Source: Candidatus Acidiferrum sp.
Lineage (GTDB): Bacteria > Acidobacteriota > Terriglobia > Acidiferrales > UBA7541
Length of the DNA stretch: 64,000 nt
Direction: 5' to 3'
Assembly (NCBI GenBank): GCA_036513675.1
Contig: DATBYP010000183.1
Location: forward strand, 26,447 to 90,446
Shown: one piece after another, positions 28,625 through 38,800 of the stretch
How positions within the stretch are numbered: the stretch's first letter is position 1
How the letters are laid out: each line of letters opens with the position of its first letter
The notes under the pieces: model-generated
The model's input: the letters and a program-made list of their open reading frames with translations, nothing else
Told to the model about the DNA's origin: nothing
The model's database searches: none
Position numbers and translations under genes: made by a program

Positions 28625-29267
28625 ACGTCACTCCTTTGAGCGTTGACCTGGTTTGATCTCGCGGGAAAGTAAGAATCACCGAACGCGAACAAGCTCATCG
28701 TTGTGCTGGCGTTTGACATTGGAGACGAGACTCTAAATAAGGCGTTAGATTTCGCCGTGGGATGAATTGAGCGCGTTATATACAACCGCGCACCCCGACT
28801 GCCAGTTCTGGCTCAGTACTCAATCTCCGCAAGCATCCAGACTGAAGCGCCTGCCGAACATTTGGTCCTTCAGTGCGAGTGTTCTGGCAATGCTTCCGAG
28901 AATAAAGTGACTCAAGAAGTTACAAACTCACAGCCCACTCTTATCTCCTGAGCCTCCCTGAATGTCGATAAGGCCCTCCTTGTACACGACTCCGGATTTT
29001 CCTGTACCCCTCAGCTCCAAATAGAAGGCCACAAAGTGCTCCGGCAGGGGAAAGATGGATACCCAGAAATCTGTAGGGATATACCGTCTGTCACTTATCG
29101 ACATTTAGAGCGAATCGGCTAACGTGAATACGCGCGTTGTGTCATTCGCGGCGGTCTAATAATCGATGAAAGAAGCAGTTTTTGAGCCTGGCTCCCCGAC
29201 GAGCCAGAACGCCGAGAGTGAAGTTGCGCTAATCCTATTAACGGGGCAGTCGCTTTAATTAGCTCGA

Positions 29268-30863
29268 ATGAGCAGCACCTCCCATTATTATTTGAAGCCA
29301 AACGTCGTTGCGGAACCCCTTGTTGATGGCTGGTATGCCTGGGCCCATTTGATTCCGCCGGCGCCTCTGTCTCGGAACATTACCGAACGGCACCTGAAGA
29401 TTATGGATTCGTATATCGAGTCGCCGGAAACGCACGAAGCTGCCGTGAAAAACCCGCAGCTCCTCGGCGGTCCTTTTATGGATCTCAAACAGAGGCAAGT
29501 GGAGCAGGTAGCGAACCTACGCGGGCGCACGCTGCGTAAAAGCGCCCATTTAGTGACCTTATCGCGCGCCATTGAAGAATTGGACGCACTGCTGAGGGAA
29601 AAAGCGGCCGGCTTTAGTCTTGAGCCGCTATATGCACAAGTGCCAAAGGCTCTTCAAGGGTACGTGGAACTGGTCTACGATCTCAACAACCATCCATCTT
29701 TCCGGCTCATCGAGCCGCTCCTGTACAAGAGCCCTTATTACAACTGTTGGCTTCAGACGATAGCGCTCTCCGAAATCAGCGGCGACGAAAGGCCGTTTGT
29801 GCTCAGTACGCCGAGATTGGACAACGGCGACGCCCTTCAACTGCAGATACCTTTCGCGAGCGAGCGCCTTGACTCGCTCTTTCGTATGAAGCACACGCCC
29901 TCATCGGAAGAGGAGATCAGCGGAGCGCTTGGCCTGGAAGATCAGGACCGTGCGCGGTTTGGCTCGTTTCTCACAACCGAGCGTCCGCGCCCTTACGCTG
30001 GATATGATGGGGACGGTGCACGCTGGCGCTACTTTGGTCACGCTTGCATCCTGCTGGAAAAGGGCGGCGTCAGTGTGCTCCTTGATCCCGTTCTCAGCTA
30101 TACGTACGAGAGTGATATTTCCCGGTATACATACGAAGACCTGCCCGATGTCATTGACTACGTCCTGATAACGCACAATCATCAGGACCACATTCTGTTC
30201 GAGACTCTACTGCAGCTTCGCCACCGGATCGGGCACATCGTGGTCCCACGAAACGGTTCGGGCGCACTGCAAGATCCATCGCTGAAGCTTCTTTTGCAAC
30301 AGTGTGGCTTCCGCAACGTGATCGAAATCTCCGAGATGGAGGAAGTCCGCTTCGAGCAAGGGTCGATCACCGCGCTCCCTTTTCTCGGCGAACATGGCGA
30401 CCTGAATGTGCTCACAAAATCTGCTTACCTCCTCAGAATGGGCAAGCACAAGCTCATGTTCGCGGCGGATTCCTGCAACATTTCACCGGAAGTCTACCAG
30501 CACGTGCATCGCGATGTGGGTGACGTGGACGCGCTGTTTGTGGGCATGGAATGCGATGGCGCACCGGTGTCTTGGATTTACGGGCCATTACTCACTCAAA
30601 AACTTGAACGGCAAAAGGACCACTCGCGCCGCTTGGCTGGCTCGAATTACGAACGAGCGCTCGCAATCGTCGAGCAATTTCGCTGCAAGGAAGTCTACGT
30701 GTACGCCATGGGACAGGAACCTTGGCTCAACTACGTGATGAGCATCAAGTACACCGAACAATCGAATCCGATCATCCACTCGAATCGCCTGATGGAAACC
30801 TGCCACAGCCGCGGGATCACAGCAGAACGACTTTTCGGCGAAAAAGAAATTCTTTTGGATTGA
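29268..30863 (+). CDS. CmlA-family metallo-beta-lactamase-fold diiron beta-hydroxylase acting on PCP-bound amino acids
   Basis: 531 aa; EPLVDGWYAW, GHAC, DPVLSY, THNHQDH, PFLGEHGDL, FAADS, GME, SRRL.GS and YAMGQEPW follow the pattern I recall for chloramphenicol CmlA. Confidence 0.85.
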   Translation: MSSTSHYYLKPNVVAEPLVDGWYAWAHLIPPAPLSRNITERHLKIMDSYIESPETHEAAVKNPQLLGGPFMDLKQRQVEQVANLRGRTLRKSAHLVTLSRAIEELDALLREKAAGFSLEPLYAQVPKALQGYVELVYDLNNHPSFRLIEPLLYKSPYYNCWLQTIALSEISGDERPFVLSTPRLDNGDALQLQIPFASERLDSLFRMKHTPSSEEEISGALGLEDQDRARFGSFLTTERPRPYAGYDGDGARWRYFGHACILLEKGGVSVLLDPVLSYTYESDISRYTYEDLPDVIDYVLITHNHQDHILFETLLQLRHRIGHIVVPRNGSGALQDPSLKLLLQQCGFRNVIEISEMEEVRFEQGSITALPFLGEHGDLNVLTKSAYLLRMGKHKLMFAADSCNISPEVYQHVHRDVGDVDALFVGMECDGAPVSWIYGPLLTQKLERQKDHSRRLAGSNYERALAIVEQFRCKEVYVYAMGQEPWLNYVMSIKYTEQSNPIIHSNRLMETCHSRGITAERLFGEKEILLD

Positions 30864-30871
30864 GTTTGCGA

Positions 30872-32845
30872 ATGCAGCCGATCATCTCTAGCCCTGAGCG
30901 ATCTGCCGAAGTAGCGCCAGCCATGCCGGTGCGGTCTCTCCCCGAGCCGTTACGAACGTGGGGCCGAACCTCGACCGAATATCCCCGCAGCGAAACTGTC
31001 GCCACAGTATTTGAAGAAATCGCGAACGTGCATCCGAACGCTGTGGCTCTGGTCCAAAGTAATGTCGAGCTCACTTACGGCGAGTTAAACAGCCGCGCGA
31101 ATCGCCTAGCCCATCGCCTTCGCCTCGCCGGCGTGACACTGGAGACATTGGTTCCCTGCTGCTTTGAGCGCTCGATTGAAGTGATCATCGCCTTCCTCGC
31201 AGTCCTCAAAGCGGGCGGCGCGTATGTCCCGCTCGATCCTGGCTATCCAAAAGCACGCCTGGATTTGATTTTGGAGGACGCAGGCAAGCCCCTGGTTCTC
31301 ACCCGTAAATCGCTGGCTTCATCTCTTCGGCCAAACGAATCTACTCGAATTCTTTTCATGGATGATGAGTCCGAGGCCTTCTCCCCTTCCGGAACCGACC
31401 AAAACCCCCACGAAGTCGCAGGACCAACAAGCCTCGCCTACGTGATGTACACATCCGGCTCCACCGGACGGCCAAAGGGAGTGATGGTCGAACATCGCGG
31501 CATCGTACGTCTTGTTCGAGGGGCAAATTATTGTCACTTCGGGCCGGACGAAACGTTCCTTCAATTCGCGCCTCTGTCCTTCGACGCCTCCACCTTCGAG
31601 ATCTGGGGTGCGCTGCTGAACGGCGGCCGCCTGGTGCTCATGCCGCCGGAGTCTTCATCGCTCGAAGACCTTGTCCGCGCTGTTCGCAAGCACGGCGTGA
31701 CTACGCTTTGGCTTACCGCGGGTCTGTTTCACTTAATGGTTGAGGAACAGCCTGACGGTCTACGAACGCTGCGCCAGCTCCTGGCTGGCGGCGACGTCTT
31801 GTCGCCGCGTCATGTGCACTTGTTTCTTAAACACGCGCCCGAAACGAATTTAATAAACGGATACGGTCCGACGGAAAACACGACGTTCACGTGCTGCCAT
31901 ACTATGCGCGCCGACGACTCTCTTCCTGAATCGATTCCGATCGGCAAACCCATCGCAAACACTCGCGTTTATATCCTTGATGAAGACATGAACCCGGTGG
32001 CACCCGGTGAAACCGGCGAGCTGTATGCGGCGGGCGACGGTGTAGCTCGCGGATACCTCAACGCGCCAGACGTGACCTCCAGCAAATTCCTAGATGATCC
32101 GTTCGAGGCGGAACCGCACCGGCGCATGTACCGCACCGGGGATCTGGCTCGCTGGCGGACCGATGGCACCATCGAATTTCTCGGCCGTATGGATAACCAG
32201 GTAAAGATTCTCGGATACCGAATCGAGCCTGCTGAAATTGAGACCACGCTCCGGCGGCACGGACAAGTGAAGCAGGCTTGCGTCGGCGAGCGAACCGAAA
32301 ACGGCGGCAAGCGTCTGGTCGCCTATTTTGTTCCCTCTACTTCTGGGCCAACGCCTGAGGAGTTGCGCGACTTTGTTGCGTCACAGTTGCCGCAACACAT
32401 GGTTCCTGCATTTTTTGTGGCGCTCCCATCGCTTCCGCTTTCGGAGCACGGAAAGATTGACCGTGCGGCTCTCGCCAAACTGCACCTAGCTCCTAAACAC
32501 GAATCCACTCCACCACACCTTCCTGAGGGTGATCTCGAGCGGACGCTCGCGCAACTCTGGCAACGTGTTCTGAAAGTTCCGAACGTGGGGCTCGAGGACA
32601 ATTTCTTCGATCTTGGCGGCGATTCCCTGCTTCTCGTCGCCGTGCATTCCAATTTGCAAAAAATCCTGCAAATCGAAATCTCTCTTACTGACCTCTTCGA
32701 ATTTGCCACCATACGCAAGCTTGCCCGGCATTTGGGCCACACGGAATCAAAAAGCGCACCGTTGTCTGATGTGCAAGAGCGGGCGCGGCAGCAACGGGAA
32801 GCCTTCACGCGTTTTCGCGGCCAGCACCCTGGCGGTGACTCGTGA
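30872..32845 (+). CDS. Stand-alone NRPS A-PCP didomain (specificity code read as DAFWLGGTFK, Val-like)
   Basis: YTSGSTGRPKG, FDAS, NGYGPTE, YRTGD, GKIDR and LGGDSL; start set at ATG 30872, just after the upstream stop. Confidence 0.9.
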   Translation: MQPIISSPERSAEVAPAMPVRSLPEPLRTWGRTSTEYPRSETVATVFEEIANVHPNAVALVQSNVELTYGELNSRANRLAHRLRLAGVTLETLVPCCFERSIEVIIAFLAVLKAGGAYVPLDPGYPKARLDLILEDAGKPLVLTRKSLASSLRPNESTRILFMDDESEAFSPSGTDQNPHEVAGPTSLAYVMYTSGSTGRPKGVMVEHRGIVRLVRGANYCHFGPDETFLQFAPLSFDASTFEIWGALLNGGRLVLMPPESSSLEDLVRAVRKHGVTTLWLTAGLFHLMVEEQPDGLRTLRQLLAGGDVLSPRHVHLFLKHAPETNLINGYGPTENTTFTCCHTMRADDSLPESIPIGKPIANTRVYILDEDMNPVAPGETGELYAAGDGVARGYLNAPDVTSSKFLDDPFEAEPHRRMYRTGDLARWRTDGTIEFLGRMDNQVKILGYRIEPAEIETTLRRHGQVKQACVGERTENGGKRLVAYFVPSTSGPTPEELRDFVASQLPQHMVPAFFVALPSLPLSEHGKIDRAALAKLHLAPKHESTPPHLPEGDLERTLAQLWQRVLKVPNVGLEDNFFDLGGDSLLLVAVHSNLQKILQIEISLTDLFEFATIRKLARHLGHTESKSAPLSDVQERARQQREAFTRFRGQHPGGDS

Positions 32846-35800
32846 GCCGTATTGACTCTCCTCCCCCGCTTGAAGGAGTCGCGATCATCGGCATGGCCGG
32901 CCGATTTCCCGGAGCGAGGAGCGTTGCCGAGTTCTGGCGCAACCAGCTCGAGGGCGTGGAAGCAATTTCGCACTTTACAGTGGAAGAGCTGGAGGTCCCC
33001 CGCGCACGCGAGGTTTCTGAACGCCCCACCTATGTACGCGCTCGTTCGATCTTGGCCGACGTAGAGCTGTTCGACGCTGAGTTCTTCGGCATCTACCCGC
33101 GCGAAGCAGAGCTGATGGATCCGCAGCATCGTCTTTTTCTTGAGTGCTGTTGGCAGGCGCTCGAAGATGCAGCCTACGATCCCTTCACTTATCCAGGTTC
33201 CATCGGAGTGCACGCGGGTTGCAGTATGCCCACCTACTTTTTGTCGCGACTGTGCACCAATGACGATTTCATTCAGAAATTCACCGGCGGCTATCAGGTC
33301 AGGAATTATCTGGAAATGCTTGGCAACAGCCTGGATTTCCTCTCCACGCGCGTCTCCTACAAATTGAATCTCCGCGGCCCGAGCTTCACGCTGCAGGCCG
33401 GCTGCTCGACATCGCTGGTGGCGGTGTGCCAAGCCTTCCAATCCTTAATGACGTATCAGAGCGATATGGCTCTTGCGGGCGGCTGCTCAATCACGTTGCC
33501 CCAAAAACGTGGCACTGAGTATCAGGAAGGCGGAATGACTTCTCCCGACGGGCATTGCCGCGCTTTCGACGCCGGCGCGAAGGGGACAGTGTTTGGCAGT
33601 GGCGTAGGCGTTGTTTTGCTGAAGAGAATGGAAGACGCGGTTCGCGACGGTGATCAGATTTATGCTGTCATTCGCGGCTGCGCGCTCAACAACGACGGCT
33701 CGTCAAAAGTAGGCTTCACGGCTCCCAGCATCGACGGACAGTCGCGCGTCATCGCGATGGCTCTGGAAGCTGCTGGAGTGAGCCCAGACAGTATTGGCTA
33801 TATCGAAGCGCACGGGACGGGAACACCTCTTGGCGACCCGATTGAATTGGCGGCGCTAACGCAAGCGTTTCGCGCAAAGGCGAGCGCAAAGCAATTCTGC
33901 GCAATTGGGACTGCTAAGACAAATGTTGGTCACCTGGATGTGGCGGCAGGCGTAACTGGGCTGATCAATGCAACGAACATTCTGCGCCATGGGATCTTGC
34001 CCCCGACACTGCATTTCCAAGAGCCAAATCCAACATTCGATCTTGGAAATAGCCCGTTTTACGTAAATGCCAAGCGCACCGAATGGAAGCAGCAGGAGCT
34101 ACCCAGGCGAGCCGGCGTCAGTGCGTTCGGAGTAGGCGGCACAAATGCCCATGTCATTCTTGAAGAGCCGCCCGCGCGACCTTCAATCGACTCGGCGCGT
34201 CCAGCACAGTTGCTGCTCTTGTCCGCCCGCTCAGAACAAGCCCTCGAGAAGGCGACTGACAATCTCGCCGAGCATTTGAGAGCGCAGCAAGGCCCGCATT
34301 TGGCCGATGTTGCCTGGACTTTGCAAGTGGGGCGTCGCAGATTCCCTTACCGTCGCACTGCAGTTGTCCACGATATTCCCGACGCTATTCAGGCGCTCTC
34401 GCAACGCGACCCCAAGCGCGTGCAGGCGCGTTCCAGCTCGAACGATTCCGCTGCCGTTTACTTTCTGTTTCCGGGCCAGGGCTCTCAACACCCGAATATG
34501 GGCCGCCAAGTCTATGAGTCCGAGCCCGTCTTCCGTCAGTGGGTTCAACGTTGCTGCGAAATCCTTCGTCCGCATCTTGCCGAGGACCTTCTTCCTTTGT
34601 TGTACCCGTCTCATGAAGTATCCGAGTCAGAAAGCCGCGGCCTTACAGAAACAGCTCTGGCGCAGCCAGCGATCTTCACCGTGGAATACGCGCTGGCGCA
34701 GCTCTGGATCAGTTGGGGAATTCAACCGCAAGGGATGCTCGGCCATAGTGTGGGCGAATTCGTCGCTGCGTGCTTCGCAGGCGTTTTCCCTCTTGAAGAC
34801 GCTCTTGCCTTGATAGCCTCGCGCGGCCGTATGATGCAAAAAATTGCGCCCGGTGGGATGCTTTCGGTACGTTTGCCAGAATCCGAAGTACGCGCGCGGC
34901 TGAACGGCCACCTCGCTATTGCGGCAGTAAATGCGCCTTCGCTCTGCGTCGTTGCGGGACCCTTTGACGCCCTGGATGGCCTGGAATCACAACTGAATAA
35001 CGAGGGCGTTGCGACCCGGCGCCTGGTGACGTCCCACGCCTTCCATTCTCCGATGATGGATCCTATTCTGGATCAGTTTTCCTCCCGCGTGGTGCAAACC
35101 CCTCTTCGTCCACCGCAGATTCCCTTCGTCTCTTGCGTTTCAGGCACTTGGATAAACGAAAGGGAAGCAACGGACCCTTCCTATTGGGCCCGTCACCTCC
35201 GTGCTCCAGTGCAATTTTCCGCTGGAGTTAAGGAGCTGCTAAAGAGGAGCGGAGCGGTTCTGCTGGAGGTTGGTCCGGGTAATGTGCTGAGCACTCTGGC
35301 TAGGCAACATGTGCCTCGGCAAAATGGGAACGCGCGCGACAGCGCGCAAGACGCTGTGACGATCGTCTCCTCCTTCGGAGATGCAACGTCGGGCGAGAGC
35401 AGCTCGCTCCATTTACTCAACGCGGTCGGCTCACTCTGGGCCGCAGGCTTGCAACCCAAGTGGGAGGCACTGCATGCCGGAGAGCATCGCCGGCGAGTCT
35501 CCCTGCCCACCTATCCTTTCGAGCGAAAAAAGTTTTGGCTGGAGGCACTCGCCTCCCAAACGCAAGCGCCTTCTGAAATGAATCCGATCCCGGCGACGGA
35601 AGCCACAGGCAGTGATATGTCCTTTGAGGAGACTCAGAGCGTGACTCACAATTCGCAAGGTCCAACCCTCGATCAGCCACCCGCAGCCGATCGCGCCGCA
35701 GTCATATCTACCATTGTGTCTGAAATATTCACAGACCTTTCCGGCGTCCAAATTCAATCCTCCGATGCATCATCCACTTTCCTCGAGATGGGCTTTGACT

Positions 35801-38800
35801 CGCTCTTTCTTACGCAAGTAACACAGGCGTTACAGAACAAATTTGGTCTGAAGATCACGTTTCGGCAACTTCTGGGCGACGAATCATCGCTAAAATCGCT
35901 TACCGAATTCATAGACGCTCACTTGCCCGCCGACGCCTTCGCTCCGAAGGCAGTGCCTGCACGCCGTGAGGTCGAGCCTGAGCCCGCAGCTACGTCTACC
36001 ACTCCCCAGTTGAGGACCCAACCGCCAGCACCTGCCGACAACGCGAGCAGCACGACTGGAGCGGCCGTTGAGCGCCTAATGCATGAACAGATGCAAGCAA
36101 TGAACCAACTCTTTGCAAAGCAACTTGACGCATTGCGAGGCACTTCCGTGGAATCGCCCGCGAAGCCACAGAATGCATTGCCGCAAACCACCCCGACATC
36201 AGTCGCGAAAGTAGCTCCTTCATCTACGCCAAGCGCTGCTGCCCCCCAGGAGACGCGCGAATTCAAGCCTTTTGGACCGTACAAACCGCCGCAGAAAGGA
36301 ACCTCTGCGCAGCTCACCGAGCGCCAGCAGCAGCACATTCGAGAGCTAGTTGAGCGCTGTACAAAGCGGACCCCAAAATCCAAGAGCATGACGCAGCAAT
36401 ATCGCGCACGGCTCGCCGACCCGCGTGTCGTCTCCGGCTTTCGCACGCAGTGGAAGGAAATGGTTTATCCGATTCTGACCGTACGTTCGAAAGGGTCGCA
36501 CCTCTGGGACGTCGACGGCAATGAATACATCGACATTCTCAACGGCTTCGGCCCAATCATGCTTGGCCACCGTCCTGACTTTGTCGAGCGCGCTATCGAA
36601 CAGCAGCTTCGCGAAGGATTCGAGATCGGCCCTCAGACGCCTCTGGCTGGTCAAATCGCCGAGATGTTTTGCGAAATGACTGGCAATGAGCGCATGACGT
36701 TCTGCAACACGGGTTCTGAAGCAGTAATCGCCGCGCTCCGAGTCGCGCGCACCGCCACGGGCCGCAGTAAGGTCGTGCTCTTCGCTGGTTCGTACCACGG
36801 GATGTTCGACGAAGTCCTGGTAAAAGGCGTAAAGGGTTCCGACACGCCGCGCTCTTTACCGATTGCGCCAGGCATCCCGCGGGAAAGCGTTGGCAATGTC
36901 GTCGTTCTAGACTACGGCACCCCCGAATCGCTTGAATGGATTCGCACGCACGCGCGTGAACTCGCCGCGGTCCTCGTCGAGCCGGTCCAGAGTCGCCACC
37001 CCAATCTCCAGCCTCGCGAATTCCTCTGCGAAATTCGCCAAATCACTCAGGATTCAGGCGCTGCATTGATCTTCGACGAGGTGGTCACCGGCTTCCGTGT
37101 TCACCCAGGCGGCTGCCAAGCGTTATTCAATATTCGCGCAGACCTCGCCACGTACGGGAAGGTTCTCGCCGGCGGCTTGCCGATCGGCGTTCTGGCCGGC
37201 AAGTCTCAGTTCATGGATGCCCTCGATGGCGGCACATGGCAGTTCGGCGACGACTCTTATCCGTCTGTCGGCGTAACGTTTTTTGCCGGCACCTTCCACC
37301 GTCACCCGCTCACCCTTGCTGCTGTGAAAGCGGTGCTCGAGCACTTCCGCCAGCAAGGCCCGCAGTTGCAACAAGAGCTTAGCGCAAAGACGTCATCGCT
37401 GGTCGGCGCATTGAACTCACTCTTTGAGAAAGCTAGCGTTCCCTCTCGCATCGAGACTTTCGGCAGCATCTTCTATTTCAGCTTTCCCACGGACTTCCCG
37501 CTTGGCAGCCTGCTCCACTATCACCTACGCGAAAAGGGTGTTTACATCCTCGAAGGCTTCCCGTGCTTCCTAACCACCGCGCACTCCGACGCGGACATCG
37601 CAAAGATTGTCCGCGCGTTCGATCAATCAATCGCGGAAATGCAGGCGGCCGGAATTCTGCCAGAACGCTCAGGTCTGACCGCAGTTGAAAACGAAAAGCG
37701 TTCGAGCGTCACACCGGCAGCATCTCCCGCAGTTCAGGATCCAGCGCCTAGCATTGAAGTTCCCCTAACAGAAGCGCAAATGGAGATTTGGCTATCGGCG
37801 CAGCTCGGCGACGATGCGTCATGCGCGTTTAACGAGTCTTTCACTCTGCTCATGCGCGGACGACTCGATACGCAAGCTCTGCGTGATTCCCTGCGGGATC
37901 TCGTCAATCGCCATCAGGCCCTGCGCGCTACGATTATCCCGGAGCGAAATTCGCTTCGCTTTTCCGGTCCGGGCAAATTCTCCGTCGCTTTCGAGGACCT
38001 GTCTTCTGCATCGGAATCGCAACGCGCGACGGCCCTGCAAAAGGCCAAGCAAGAAGAAGCGTCCACGCCTTTCGATCTCATCAACGGTCCGGTAATTCGA
38101 CTGCGCCTCTTCCGCCTCGAACCTCAGGTTCACACGCTCATTGTCACCAGTCACCACATCGTCTGCGATGGCTGGTCGACCAACGTTCTACTGAACGAAC
38201 TCAGCACGCTCTACACGGCTCGTCGCGCGGCAACGAGCCCTGCTCTGCCTTCTGCTTTGCAGTTCAGCGAATACGCAAAGCAGCAGTCCCAGAACAAGGA
38301 CGACAAGGAAGTTGCTGCTTACTGGCGGCAGCGCTTTGAGCAAACGCCTCCGGTCCTAGAGCTACCGACCGATCGCCCGCGCCCCGGCGTCAAATCGTTC
38401 AAAGGCGCAACTTACCGCACGCAAATCGACGCGGCCATTTATAAGCAGATCAGACAAGCCGGCGCGAAACAGGGCTGCACTCTCTTCGCGACTCTGCTAA
38501 CTGGCTTCGCGTCCCTCTTGCATCGTTTAACCACTCAAACCGATATCGTTATCGGCATTCCTACCGCCGGGCAATCTCTGTTAGATAACGGGAACCTTGT
38601 CGGCCATTGCGTGAATTTCCTTCCAATTCGCGTCGACCTGTTCGAGGGCCAGTCTGCCGCCGAACTTCTCCAGCAGGTAAAGCGTACGCTTCTCGACGCA
38701 CAGGACCATCAGTCCTATACCTACGGCACATTGGTCCGCAATCTAAAGCTCCGTCGCGACCCAAGCCGCCTCCCGCTTGTCGAGGTTCAGTTCAATCTCG

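Noticed and set aside
29268-30863. Beta-lactamase / resistance gene
   Set aside because: The MBL fold is present, but the length, N-terminal domain and GEHGDL/GME motifs indicate a CmlA-type hydroxylase
30722-30871. N-terminal extension of the A-PCP ORF (similarly 40715-40939, 49937-50182 and 17686-17796)
   Set aside because: These overlap upstream genes; downstream ATGs next to the preceding stop or an RBS are more plausible
32323-33441. 372 aa antisense ORF over the NRPS/PKS junction
   Set aside because: Shadow of well-supported plus-strand genes; such ORFs are common opposite GC-rich KS domains and it has no motifs
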